DNA of 64,000 nt, from NCBI GenBank assembly GCA_001790815.1, contig MGDU01000001.1, positions 2,982 to 66,981 of the forward strand. The letters run 5' to 3'. The translations under genes and the position numbers were made by a program. The notes under the pieces were generated by a model, which was not told the DNA's origin, searched no databases, and was given only the letters and a program-made list of their open reading frames with translations. The stretch comes from Candidatus Uhrbacteria bacterium RIFCSPHIGHO2_02_FULL_46_47 (GTDB lineage: Bacteria; Patescibacteriota; Patescibacteriia; GWA2-47-26). How positions within the stretch are numbered: the first letter of the stretch is position 1; every line of letters starts with the position of its first letter. Shown in pieces: positions 27,917 through 38,136 of this stretch.

Positions 27917-30439
27917 ATGTCCAAAGAACGCTTTATGATAATTGACGGCAATGCCCTGGTGCACCGGGCATTTCATGCGCTTCCGCCGCTTTCCACCAAA
28001 GACGGTAAAATAGTCAATGCCGTATATGGATTTACAACAGTTTTGATGAAGGCATTGAAGGAGCTCAAGCCGGAATACGCGGCGGTAACTTTTGATTTAG
28101 CCGCGCCGACTTTTCGGCACAAGTTATACAAAGAATATAAAGCGCAACGTATAAAACAGCCGCAAGAATTATATGATCAACTGCCACTGGTTAAAGAAGT
28201 GGTGCGCGCGTTTGATATTCCGGTAGTGGAGAAAGAGGGATTTGAAGCTGATGATGTAATCGCGACTTTGTCGCGAAAATCCCAAATCCCAAGCACCAAA
28301 TCACAAATCGAAACGATTATTGTAACTGGAGACATGGACACATTGCAACTTGTGGATGAGAATACCAAAATTTACAGTTTTCGCAAAGGATTTTCCGATA
28401 CATTTATCTATGATGCACAAGCAGTGCAAGAGCGCTATGGACTCACGCCGGAGCAAATGGTGGATTACAAGGCCTTGCGCGGCGACCCATCTGACAATAT
28501 TCCGGGTGTGCGCGGTATTGGCGAAAAAACTGCTGTGGAATTATTGAAGGAGTTTAGCTCAGTAGAAAAACTATACAAAGAAATTGATAAAGAAAGTGTA
28601 CGCGCTAAAACAATACGGCCCAAAGTGTTGGAGCTGTTAAAACAATATCGAGAAGACGCAATGCTTGGCAAGAAGCTGGTGGAATTGGTAAAAGATGTGC
28701 CGCTTTCAGTATCGCTCAAAGATTGTAAACTAAGCGAACCAGATAAGAATAAGTTGAAAGAGATTTTTGAAAAATTTGAATTCAGGAATTTGTTGGCGCG
28801 ATTGGAAAAAAAAGATGTAGCCGCAGGTCTTCAGCCTGCGCAAAAAGCACAAGGATCGTTGTTGGGTAACCCCTCACCTGACCTTCAGTCATCCTCTCCA
28901 TCAGGGAGAGGGAAGGGTGAGGGTGGGATGTCACCCCTTTATGTTCGTGAAGGCAACACCATCATCGGCCACGATCTAAAATCAATACTACATACTACCC
29001 CCTACGCACTACCTCCTCCATTTTTTGACACCATGATTGCCTCTTATCTTTTGCATCCGGGAAGAGGCATGCATGACTTTGAAAGTGTTTTGCGTGAGCA
29101 CAATATGGAGCTGAATGGTCAAGCAGTGGTATTGCTTGCACAAAAACTTCAAGGGGAGCTGGCAAAAGAGAATCTCACGCCAGTATTTGAAAGTATTGAA
29201 ATGCCGCTTATTCCAGTGCTTGCGAAAATGGAGGGGATTGGCATTAAAGTGGATACGCCCTATTTAAAAAAATTATCTGTGCAATTTGCCAAAGAGTTAG
29301 ACGGATTTCAGAAAAAAATCCACAAACTCGCGGGCGAGGAATTTAATATTGCCTCACCAATGCAGTTACGCGAGGTGCTGTTTGAAAAAATGAAACTAGC
29401 TCCGGAAACTGGTCGCATTAAAAAAACCGCCAAAGGCAAAGTTGCCTCCACTGCCGCGGGCGAGCTTGAAAAATTGCGCGGACTACACCCCATTGTGGAT
29501 TTAATTTTTGATTATCGCGAGATTGCCAAATTGCAATCCACCTATACTGACGCTCTTATAGAATTAGTTGATAAAAAAGACGGCCGGGTGCACACTACTT
29601 TTAATCAAGCTGTAACTGCTACGGGTCGACTCTCCTCATCAAGTCCTAATTTGCAAAATATTCCGATTCGCACTGAAACCGGACGCCTGATTCGCAAAGC
29701 CTTTGTGGCTGAAAAAGGATATGTGCTTTTGTCTGCGGATTATTCGCAAATTGAATTGCGCGTAGCGGCTTCGCTTTCCGGCGATCCTGAACTTATTAAG
29801 GCATTTAAAAGTGGACATGATTTTCATGCCCATACCGCCTCATTGATGTTTGGTGTAGCTGAGGATAAAGTAACCAAGGAGATGCGGCGCAATGCCAAAG
29901 CCATTAATTTTGGAATTATTTATGGCATGGGTGCCACTGCGCTTGCGCAATCAACCGGTATGCCGCGCTATGAAGCCGAACAATTTATCGCGCGTTATTT
30001 TGAAGTGTTTAATGGCTTGCGCGATTATTTGGAAGGGTTAAAAGAGAAAGCCCGCACCAAAGGATATGTAGAAACGCTTTTTGGCCGCCGGCGATATCTT
30101 CCGGAAATAAATTCCGGTGTGCAACAAGTCCGCGCCGCGGCCGAGCGCATGGCCATTAATATGCCGGTTCAAGGCACCGCAGCAGATTTGATGAAAATGG
30201 CCATGATTAAAATTCATCAAGAACTACGTGCTACTTCCTACATACTACATACTAATGCACGCATGCTTCTCCAAGTGCATGATGAATTGGTCTTTGAAAT
30301 TAAAGAAGATCAAGTGACAGAAATTGCACCAAAAATTAAATCCATCATGGAAACCGTGCACACTTTCAAAGTCCCAATCCTTGTAGAACTCAAAACAGGC
30401 AAAAATTGGGGAGAGCTTTCTCCATTTTCCTCCCCTTAG
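27917..30439 (+). CDS. polA: DNA polymerase I
   Basis: 5'-3' exonuclease N-terminus (IIDGNALVHRAFHAL); polymerase motifs (RRNAKAINFGIIYG, QVHDELVFE); contains in-frame repeat insertions and a repeat-encoded C-terminus. Confidence 0.9.
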   Translation: MSKERFMIIDGNALVHRAFHALPPLSTKDGKIVNAVYGFTTVLMKALKELKPEYAAVTFDLAAPTFRHKLYKEYKAQRIKQPQELYDQLPLVKEVVRAFDIPVVEKEGFEADDVIATLSRKSQIPSTKSQIETIIVTGDMDTLQLVDENTKIYSFRKGFSDTFIYDAQAVQERYGLTPEQMVDYKALRGDPSDNIPGVRGIGEKTAVELLKEFSSVEKLYKEIDKESVRAKTIRPKVLELLKQYREDAMLGKKLVELVKDVPLSVSLKDCKLSEPDKNKLKEIFEKFEFRNLLARLEKKDVAAGLQPAQKAQGSLLGNPSPDLQSSSPSGRGKGEGGMSPLYVREGNTIIGHDLKSILHTTPYALPPPFFDTMIASYLLHPGRGMHDFESVLREHNMELNGQAVVLLAQKLQGELAKENLTPVFESIEMPLIPVLAKMEGIGIKVDTPYLKKLSVQFAKELDGFQKKIHKLAGEEFNIASPMQLREVLFEKMKLAPETGRIKKTAKGKVASTAAGELEKLRGLHPIVDLIFDYREIAKLQSTYTDALIELVDKKDGRVHTTFNQAVTATGRLSSSSPNLQNIPIRTETGRLIRKAFVAEKGYVLLSADYSQIELRVAASLSGDPELIKAFKSGHDFHAHTASLMFGVAEDKVTKEMRRNAKAINFGIIYGMGATALAQSTGMPRYEAEQFIARYFEVFNGLRDYLEGLKEKARTKGYVETLFGRRRYLPEINSGVQQVRAAAERMAINMPVQGTAADLMKMAMIKIHQELRATSYILHTNARMLLQVHDELVFEIKEDQVTEIAPKIKSIMETVHTFKVPILVELKTGKNWGELSPFSSP

Positions 30440-30598
30440 GTCCGACGTTCCAGTCGGACTCCGTACCGCAGCGTCGGAGATAAGGAAGAGCTAGAGGGGT
30501 TTATGAAACATGCTATAATACCAATACTATGAACGCATTTGAATGGGCCAAGGCAAAAGAAGCAGTAATACCGCCAATGAAGTGCATTAAAATAATCT

Positions 30599-30877
30599 AT
30601 GCGAGTTGATATCAGTAAATTTGGGGAATCTTTACTTTCAAGACCTGCCGGACGGGAGGCCGCTTTGGCATTGCAAGCAAATGTATTGCGCGATCTTAAG
30701 GAGGGAGAGCTTATTGAATTAGATTTTGGGAAAGTATTGGTTTTAACACCTTCATGGGCAGATGAGTTTCTTACTATGTTGCACGCACAATATGGAAAAC
30801 GCATTAAGATACTTCCATCAGACAATCCCAGTGTTCAGCTTACGCTTAAGACGATTGGTGAGCCAGTGCCGGTATAG
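30599..30877 (+). CDS. STAS-like small protein (DUF4325-like)
   Basis: 92 aa; ELDFGKVLVLTPSWADEFL pattern; followed by a hairpin terminator. Confidence 0.35.
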   Translation: MRVDISKFGESLLSRPAGREAALALQANVLRDLKEGELIELDFGKVLVLTPSWADEFLTMLHAQYGKRIKILPSDNPSVQLTLKTIGEPVPV

Positions 30878-30897
30878 ATGACCATTATAATTTGCAA

Positions 30898-31050
30898 GCA
30901 AAAAATCCGCCTGCCATGGCGGATTTTTTGTAATAAAATGATAACGGCTCAATATTTTGCGATCGCAAATACTTGAGTCGTTTGTTTTTAATGGGTGGAT
31001 AAAAAGAAAGGGCCGGGGGGAACGTGCCCGGCGCACGGAAGGATGGTTAT
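30898..31050 (+). repeat. 155-bp direct repeat, copy 1 (includes a terminator hairpin)
   Basis: aaatccgcctgccatggcggat...taataaaatgataacggctcaatattttgcgatcgcaaatacttgagtcgtttgtttttaatgggtgga...gtgcccggcgcacggaagga, nearly identical to 32024-32180. Confidence 0.8.
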
Positions 31051-31404
31051 GGTAGAAGTGCGAGCAGTTTCTTTTGAGCAGTTTCGCGGGGCTTGCCGCA
31101 CTTCAGGCAGAAGCGATCCCAATCACCAATGATATGGCCACACTGCCCGCAATCCTTGTAGGTGATGATGCATCTTGAGGTTTTCTGCTTAGGGTTGCTT
31201 GGCAACAATTGTGGAAGCGATTGTGATATAATGGTGTAGCCCCTCGACTAAGCTCGGGGAATACTAAGAGGAGATTGCCGCGGCCTTTGGCCTCGCAATG
31301 ACAAACTTAACTATGCCGCAGACGTATACTATTAATGCCTTCGCGATTGGCAGGGGGATGGATTTGACAAAGGAAGCAGAATTAGATAAAGTAGAATTAT
31401 CATT

Positions 31405-31617
31405 ATGGCTACCACCACCGCCCAGCAACTTAACACACAATTAAAGAAAATAGAGCATCAGCTCGCGGATATTCGCGGGCATCTTGTCCTACTTGAAGGA
31501 GATACGCAAAATAAACGCGCCCAAGTGCTTCAACGCACTGCCGGGGCTCTTAAGCATAAAGTTATGGATGATGTAGTGGCATGGCAAAAAAGGATTCGGT
31601 CAGAATGGGATGCGTAA
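31405..31617 (+). CDS. putative antitoxin (70 aa) paired with VapC
   Basis: Small helical ORF ending 7 bp before the PIN gene. Confidence 0.4.
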   Translation: MATTTAQQLNTQLKKIEHQLADIRGHLVLLEGDTQNKRAQVLQRTAGALKHKVMDDVVAWQKRIRSEWDA

Positions 31618-31623
31618 GATGAT

Positions 31624-31983
31624 ATGCGTATTTTACTTGATACTAATATTCTTTTGCTCCATCTTAAGGAGGGCATTCTTAAAAGGGTTCCTCCAGAGAT
31701 GGAGCTTTGTGTATCAGTGATCACTGTTGCGGAAGCCCTTCGATATCCGGGATTGGGAGATAATGATCTCAAAATTATTAGTGATCTTCTTGATATTATG
31801 GTGACTTTTGATATTGACTTGTTGATTGCGCGCCGTGCCGCCGAACTTGGGAGAACAAGGGCAACAAAACTCCCAGATCTTCTCATTGCGGCAACTGCGC
31901 TTGAGATGCATGCACCGCTTATTACTAAAAATATCCATGATTTTAAGGGAATTCCAGAACTCATCGCGCGAGAACATATTTAA
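31624..31983 (+). CDS. vapC: PIN-domain toxin (VapC-like)
   Basis: ILLDTNILL ... DLLIAATALEMHAPLITKNIHDF acidic PIN residues. Confidence 0.7.
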   Translation: MRILLDTNILLLHLKEGILKRVPPEMELCVSVITVAEALRYPGLGDNDLKIISDLLDIMVTFDIDLLIARRAAELGRTRATKLPDLLIAATALEMHAPLITKNIHDFKGIPELIAREHI

Positions 31984-32023
31984 TGAATTCATTTCCCGCC
32001 TAGCATTTTAACAAAATAATAAA

Positions 32024-32180
32024 CAAGAAATCCGCCTGCCATGGCGGATGTTTAGTAATAAAATGATAACGGCTCAATATTTTGCGATCGCAAATACTTG
32101 AGTCGTTTGTTTTTAATGGGTGGAGAAAAGAAAAAGCCGGGATTGAAACGTGCCCGGCGCACGGAAGGAACGTGGAAGGA
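32024..32180 (+). repeat. 155-bp direct repeat, copy 2
   Basis: See copy 1; the copies diverge after ..gcacggaagga. Confidence 0.8.
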
Positions 32181-32198
32181 TGATTTGTTTTTAGTGAA

Positions 32199-32969
32199 CT
32201 ATGCGTCCTGTGGATGAGTCTGCGCAGCGGCGCGGCGGACGCGCAGCCCTTGGAGCCAACGCTCGCGCAGGCTTGGCGGGGCAAAGGCGCTGATCTGCTC
32301 GAGCCGCTCGCGCGCTTCCTGCCCGATCTTGGACTTGGTGCGATCACGCGACTCCTTGAGCCAGTCAATCGTCTCGTAGACGCCGACGCCCAAGTGGTCA
32401 AGTCCCAGCACCATGCTTTCAAAGTCGGCCACGCTTGAGAAACGCGCCACGATCGGCAGTAGCCGCAGGACCGGAAGCGCAAGCCCATGTCCCCACTTAT
32501 CGCGAATCCACACGACCTCCAGTCCGTTCCAGGCGTGTGACACGGTCCAGAAGCAGGCGGGCGCCATGCCCACGACCTTGCCCGGCTTGCGAAACCAGCC
32601 GCCGTGGCGGACTTGGATGTAGACCGCGGGCTGCGGATAGGGCAGAGCCGTGTGGATGTGCTCGGTCCCGTCTTGGCCGAGAAAGAGATAGAGGATTCGA
32701 CCGATGATGTTGCGCCCGACGAACAGCCACAGCCCAGTCGTCATAATCAGGAAGATGAGGATGAGGACCAGGAATACGACCACCGTCAGAAAGGCCACGG
32801 ACCAGTAGTGATGCGCCTGGAAATCGACTACTAACCAGTAGAACGTGGAGCCCAGGAGGACGACGAACAGCACGTAGAGCAGAATATACATGGACTCGCG
32901 CCAGAGCATCGGGCCCACGGTTTTATCCTGAAGACACTCCTCACACCTCTTGTATTTCGTTGTCATCAT
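32199..32969 (-). CDS. hypothetical membrane protein in a ~62%-GC block
   Basis: Two or three N-terminal TM helices; other-frame ORFs here are GC artefacts. Confidence 0.4.
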   Translation of the reverse strand: MMTTKYKRCEECLQDKTVGPMLWRESMYILLYVLFVVLLGSTFYWLVVDFQAHHYWSVAFLTVVVFLVLILIFLIMTTGLWLFVGRNIIGRILYLFLGQDGTEHIHTALPYPQPAVYIQVRHGGWFRKPGKVVGMAPACFWTVSHAWNGLEVVWIRDKWGHGLALPVLRLLPIVARFSSVADFESMVLGLDHLGVGVYETIDWLKESRDRTKSKIGQEARERLEQISAFAPPSLRERWLQGLRVRRAAAQTHPQDA

Positions 32970-33162
32970 GCCGAACCTCCTAGCTCATAGGCCCTTGTCC
33001 CACGAGCGGAAGTGCCAAGGCCGGCCATCTTGCACCATGCAAGCAGCCCGTCCAGGGCATTTTTGAAGAACTAGATTGATTAAAACAAAAAAAGCGTGTT
33101 TTGTCAATACTTCGACATGAATAGGGGGAAGCGGTATAATTAGTGTGTTAAGTAAAAGCAAT

Positions 33163-33942
33163 ATGCCACAAACATATTCAATCAATGCCTTTGCAATTGG
33201 CAGGGGGATGGATTTGACGCGGATGTTGAAAAAGCCGCCGTTTCCGGTGGCGGAGAAAGAGCGCAATTTGGTAGTATTACAACCGGGTGGAGAATCGTAT
33301 ATTTTTGCGTTTTCATTTGGCGCTTTGGTCTTTTTCAATGTCAAAAACGAAAAGAAAGTAGCAGGCAGTTTCCGTAAATACGCGCACGCGGTAATTCCAA
33401 AACTGATTCGCGAAGATTACAGTGTGGCCATTGGCAATGAAACTGACGCGGTAACTTTTGACGAGGTGCGTATTAAGGAATTTTCTTTGGATAAATTGAT
33501 TTTGATTGCCACAGTGCTGGCTCAATCAGTATCAGTAGAGCACATTGAAAATGTGGTGGAAACCGTACTGCATAAATTTGAGCGCATTAATTTGAATTTG
33601 GAACGCGAAAGCAAACTGCGCGTGCGCGGTAGTGATCTGATTAAGATTCTGGGTACGACCAATTTGATTTTACAGCAGATTCTTTCGCGTCTTTCTCTGT
33701 TGGACAAGCCGGATATTACTTGGGATTCGCCGGAATTGGAAACGCTGTTTGGGCACATGCGCAAAATGTACGAACTGGATGATCGTTTTCGGGCTGTGGA
33801 GTTTAAGTTGGATTCCATTCAAGATAATTCAAAAGCGCTCTTGTCCATTTTGCAAACTAGACGATCAGAGCGCCTTGAAATTATAATTGTGGCGTTGATT
33901 TTGATTGAGGTGGTGCTGTTCGTGTATGAGTTGTTTCGATGA
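33163..33942 (+). CDS. DUF155 / RMD1-family protein with C-terminal TM helix
   Basis: Domain-level similarity; its first ~57 nt (MPQTYSINAFAIGRGMDL) are duplicated at 31314-31370. Confidence 0.5.
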   Translation: MPQTYSINAFAIGRGMDLTRMLKKPPFPVAEKERNLVVLQPGGESYIFAFSFGALVFFNVKNEKKVAGSFRKYAHAVIPKLIREDYSVAIGNETDAVTFDEVRIKEFSLDKLILIATVLAQSVSVEHIENVVETVLHKFERINLNLERESKLRVRGSDLIKILGTTNLILQQILSRLSLLDKPDITWDSPELETLFGHMRKMYELDDRFRAVEFKLDSIQDNSKALLSILQTRRSERLEIIIVALILIEVVLFVYELFR

Positions 33943-33951
33943 TTGCGCAGG

Positions 33952-35235
33952 CTAAAGACCTGCGGCTACCTGTTTTAGCCAGTTAATCACTTTTCGATTC
34001 ATAAGTATGTTGGTTAGATATTGTCGAGCGCCGACAGAGCGGATTTGTTCATGCTGTTCTGGCGCGTCTTTGTATAATTCCAAAACACGCGCGACTTCCG
34101 CGTCAATTTCTTCTTCGGTTGCGGAGATGTTTTGGGTGTGCGCCAATTTGCGCATTAAGAGCGCTGTTTTAACTCGCTTTATCGCTTGCGGCGCAAAGTC
34201 CAGCCGCAGTTGATCGCGTGTTTTGCCAATTTTTTGCAAGTAGTCGTTGAATTCCAGACCTTGCCGCGCAATACCGTCTTCCAGCTCAGCCAGCATTTTG
34301 TGTGTTTCTTCATTTACTAAAATATCCGGCACATCGGAAAATTTAGTTTTTTCAATGGCCTTTTCCAAAAGCTCAATTTCGCCGCGCTCCTCGTCTTTTT
34401 GCTTGGCCTCGTGCTCTAAATTACCGTGAATAATGGTTTTAAGATCAGCAATGGTTTTTTGACCAAGCTCTTGCGCAAATTCATCCGTAAGTTCCGGCCG
34501 CGTCAGTTCAAACACATCTTTGATTTCAATTTTAAAATCCACATCCTTGCCCGCAATCATTTTCTGATAATGTTCTTTAGGGAATTTAAGTTGAAATTCC
34601 TTAGTGTCGCCTTTTTTCAGTCCAACCAGTTGTTCTTTAAGGCCCGGCACATAATATTCCTCATCCATATAAACCGCGTGATCTTTGGTCACTCCGCCAT
34701 CAAGTGGCACGCTGTCCAGCGACATCGCCATATCCAATACAACTTTGTCCTCCGCCAAGGCGGGGCGGCTTGCCACCACTTCTTTGGTTTGCATTTTGCG
34801 CAAATCTTTAAGGACTTTATCTACTTTTGCAGCTTCAACTGTTGTAGTTTTTCTTTCCAATTTTATTGATGAATAATCACCCAGGGTTACCTCTGGCAAA
34901 AGCGCAATAGTGGCTTTAAAAATAAATGGGTTATCCGCGGCGAGTTTAATGACTGCAATTTCCGGAGAGCCAATAGTTTCCAGATTTTCTTTTTTTACCG
35001 TCTCAGTAAAGGAGCGCGGCACCGCAAGTTGCGCGGCTTCTTCCCAAACACGCTGTGCTCCAAAGCGGGCCACGACTTGTTCATAGGGCGCTTTACCCGG
35101 ACGAAATCCCGGAATAGAGGACTCACTGCTCATTTGCGCGGCCGCTTTCTGCAAATACGATTGCATGTCCTCCGGCGCAAGTTCAATGGTAATCTCTACA
35201 GCACTTTTGGGTAAGGATTTGAGGGTGTGTTTCAT
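33952..35235 (-). CDS. tig: trigger factor
   Basis: N-terminal ribosome-binding domain with GFRPGKAP motif, central PPIase-like and C-terminal domains; 427 aa. Confidence 0.85.
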   Translation of the reverse strand: MKHTLKSLPKSAVEITIELAPEDMQSYLQKAAAQMSSESSIPGFRPGKAPYEQVVARFGAQRVWEEAAQLAVPRSFTETVKKENLETIGSPEIAVIKLAADNPFIFKATIALLPEVTLGDYSSIKLERKTTTVEAAKVDKVLKDLRKMQTKEVVASRPALAEDKVVLDMAMSLDSVPLDGGVTKDHAVYMDEEYYVPGLKEQLVGLKKGDTKEFQLKFPKEHYQKMIAGKDVDFKIEIKDVFELTRPELTDEFAQELGQKTIADLKTIIHGNLEHEAKQKDEERGEIELLEKAIEKTKFSDVPDILVNEETHKMLAELEDGIARQGLEFNDYLQKIGKTRDQLRLDFAPQAIKRVKTALLMRKLAHTQNISATEEEIDAEVARVLELYKDAPEQHEQIRSVGARQYLTNILMNRKVINWLKQVAAGL

Positions 35236-35303
35236 AGTGGTAAAAGTTTATCATAATTTCCTAAGTATGACAAGGGTCTGCATTAAAAACACGCCGCCAA
35301 GAA

Positions 35304-35930
35304 TTACCTTGGTGGCGTAGAATGTCGTTCTCCTGGAGCCGAATAGGGCTCCCAGATATCAAAGATGTCATATAGAACTTGCAGAGTATTGCCTGCGGAA
35401 AAGCTGCCGTCCATTCGCTCCATGTCGGTTTCGTGCATATTGTCGTCAAACAGAAGAGCGACGAGCGTTATTGACCATGGGGAGGCATCATCCGTCCGTC
35501 TCACATTGATGTAGAACGCCGCGTGTTCAATCGGGCGGCTGATCTCTTGTGCGTGCTTGAGCATCTTTTCAAACTTCGTACTCAGCGTGAGGTACTCCCC
35601 GATTGCAAAGCGGATTTCCCGGTTTTGTCCAAACGATATTCCGTCGCATACCCGGATAACCGCCACTGAGTCGTAGGAAATTGATGTAAATGAATGCCAC
35701 AAATATCCTGCGCACTTCATGGGGGTTTTCCGCTGACCGAGCCGATTATTTCTCTCCAGCATTGTTAAGGCCAGTGAGGAGCGGTGGTATTCTTCCACCA
35801 CAAAGGCTCGTGAACCCATCAGGGTGAAAAGTGGACCTGACGCGTACACGACGGCAGAAGAGGATGGCTTGGGCGTGGCGGCAGTTCTGCATCCCAGCAA
35901 ACATACAAAAAGAGCAATGGCCATTTTCAT
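35304..35930 (-). CDS. hypothetical lipoprotein
   Basis: Signal peptide with LLGC lipobox. Confidence 0.4.
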   Translation of the reverse strand: MKMAIALFVCLLGCRTAATPKPSSSAVVYASGPLFTLMGSRAFVVEEYHRSSLALTMLERNNRLGQRKTPMKCAGYLWHSFTSISYDSVAVIRVCDGISFGQNREIRFAIGEYLTLSTKFEKMLKHAQEISRPIEHAAFYINVRRTDDASPWSITLVALLFDDNMHETDMERMDGSFSAGNTLQVLYDIFDIWEPYSAPGERHSTPPR

Positions 35931-35976
35931 GGTCTTCCTCCTTGTCTCACCTTACTCTTTAGAGAAAAAATGTCAA

Positions 35977-37950
35977 CTATCTTATAAGAAACCCGACAAT
36001 AAGAAGTGCGACAATGTTCATTATTTTAATCATCGGATTGATCGCTGGGCCAGCAGTATCTTTATACGGATCGCCGACCGTGTCGCCGGTAACCGCGGCT
36101 TTATGCGCATCTCCACCTTTGCCGCCATGATGTCCGGCTTCAATGTATTTTTTGGCATTATCCCAGGCCGCGCCGCCGGTGGTCATGGAGATCGCCACAA
36201 ATAACCCGGTAATGATAGATCCAACGAGCAATCCGCCGAGCGCTTTTGGTCCCAGTAAAAATCCCACCGCAATTGGCGCGACAACCGGAATAAGCGCCGG
36301 AACAATCATGTGCGCAATAGCCGCGCGCGTAACAATATCAACTGCCGCGCTATAATTCGGTTTGCCTTCCCCGGTCATAATGCCTTTGATTTCTTTGAAT
36401 TGTCGGCGCACTTCATTAACCACTGCTCCGGCTGCTTTACCCACTGCCTCCATCCCCAGCGCGCCAAACCAATAAGGTAAAAGCCCGCCAATAAAGAGTC
36501 CTACTAAAACCTTCGGATCTCCAAGTTCAAATACAATGCGTACTCCCCGAGCGGCAAACTCTTCTGTGTAGGCGGCAAAAAGCACCAGCGCGGCAAGACC
36601 GGCAGAGGCAATCGCGTAGGCTTTGGTGACTGCTTTTGTTGTGTTGCCAACGGCATCAAGCGGATCTGTCACCGCGCGTACCTCAGAAGGAAGTTCTGCC
36701 ATTTCCGCAATGCCGCCGGCATTGTCGGTAATCGGGCCAAAGGCGTCAATTGTTACAATAATACCGGTAAGCGAGAGCATGGACATAGCCGCGATTGCCA
36801 CGCCGTAAAGACCGGCCAGTTCATAGGCGCCAAGCATGCCTGCGGCAATCACAAGTACCGGAAGCGCGGTTGATTTCATGGAAATCGCCAAGCCCTGAAT
36901 TATGTTGGTTCCATGTCCGGTTTCCGAGGCTTTGGCAATAGATTGCACTGGCTTATGATTTGTTCCGGTGTAGTAATCGGTAATCCAGATCATCAGCGCT
37001 GTAACAACCAAACCGACAAGCGCGCTTAAAAATAGATTGGTCGCATTTGCTCCGGTTGGCGCAACGCGCGGAATAACAAAATAAAATGACAGCGCCGCAA
37101 GAATACCGGCAACCGCCAGTCCTTTATACAGCGCGCTCATAATTTTATTTCCGGAAAGGCGGATAAACAAAGTCCCGGCAATGGAAGCGATTATTGCCAG
37201 TCCGCCCATTATCAAGGGGAGCATTACGGCTGAAGCACCAAAAGTGAGCGACCCCAAAAGCATTGCCGCCACCGCGGTAACGGCATAGGTTTCAAAAAGA
37301 TCAGCAGCCATGCCGGCGCAGTCGCCAACATTATCCCCGACGTTGTCCGCAATGACCGCGGGATTGCGCGGATCATCTTCGGGAATGCCAGCTTCTAATT
37401 TTCCAACAAGATCAGCGCCTACATCCGCCGCCTTAGTGTAGATGCCGCCGCCAAGCCGCGCAAATACTGAGATAAGCGAACCGCCAAAGCCAAGCCCCAC
37501 CAGCGCGTTCAGATCGCGGGTGAGGTAGTAATAACCAGCCACGGCGAGAAGTGCAAGGCCAACAACCAAAAGTCCGGTAACAGTACCACCCTGAACCGCG
37601 ACATTCATGGCCTCCTTCAGTCCGGTTTTTGCCGCCTGCGTTGTGCGGACATTGGCGCGCACGGATATAAGCATACCGATAATTCCCGCCAGCGCGGAAA
37701 ATACGGCGCCGACCAAAAATCCCAGCGCGATTTTGAAATTCAGTCCAAATCCCAGAATTAAAAACAGCGCCAGCCCGATAGGCGCCACAGCTTTATATTG
37801 TCTTATTAAATAGGCCTTGGCGCCTTCTTGAATCGCTCGCGCAATGCCGATCATCTTGCCTTCTCCTCCCGAGAGTTTCATGATGCGCGAAGCCAGAACC
37901 AGTCCCCAAATAATTGCAAGGCTCGCAGAGCCGAGTATGAAAAGAAACAT
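35977..37950 (-). CDS. hppA: membrane-bound proton/sodium-translocating pyrophosphatase
   Basis: 657 aa polytopic protein; conserved H+-PPase blocks ([47 protein letters not shown]). Confidence 0.9.
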   Translation of the reverse strand: MFLFILGSASLAIIWGLVLASRIMKLSGGEGKMIGIARAIQEGAKAYLIRQYKAVAPIGLALFLILGFGLNFKIALGFLVGAVFSALAGIIGMLISVRANVRTTQAAKTGLKEAMNVAVQGGTVTGLLVVGLALLAVAGYYYLTRDLNALVGLGFGGSLISVFARLGGGIYTKAADVGADLVGKLEAGIPEDDPRNPAVIADNVGDNVGDCAGMAADLFETYAVTAVAAMLLGSLTFGASAVMLPLIMGGLAIIASIAGTLFIRLSGNKIMSALYKGLAVAGILAALSFYFVIPRVAPTGANATNLFLSALVGLVVTALMIWITDYYTGTNHKPVQSIAKASETGHGTNIIQGLAISMKSTALPVLVIAAGMLGAYELAGLYGVAIAAMSMLSLTGIIVTIDAFGPITDNAGGIAEMAELPSEVRAVTDPLDAVGNTTKAVTKAYAIASAGLAALVLFAAYTEEFAARGVRIVFELGDPKVLVGLFIGGLLPYWFGALGMEAVGKAAGAVVNEVRRQFKEIKGIMTGEGKPNYSAAVDIVTRAAIAHMIVPALIPVVAPIAVGFLLGPKALGGLLVGSIITGLFVAISMTTGGAAWDNAKKYIEAGHHGGKGGDAHKAAVTGDTVGDPYKDTAGPAINPMIKIMNIVALLIVGFLIR

Positions 37951-38136
37951 AGTGAATACTTAAGGAATTATGAACTCCGACGCTTTGGTCGGAGCCCCGA
38001 TCCACAAAAGGCATCGGGGTTATGAAGTTGAATTATGATACCAGAATCTTATATATTGATCAAGGATAGCATGTCCACAAGGTGTGGGTATCTACCCTTG
38101 ACATTTTAGCTTATTTATGGTATCTTATAGCCTGTC

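Noticed and set aside
30436-30825. 129-aa minus-strand ORF
   Set aside because: Antisense to the STAS-like gene and runs into the polA terminal repeat; low-complexity Ser/Cys-rich
31090-31250. Minus-strand zinc-ribbon-like frame (..CIITYKDCGQCGHIIGDWDRFCLKCGKP..)
   Set aside because: No in-frame ATG (only TTG candidates); not in ORF track; may be a gene remnant within the mosaic region
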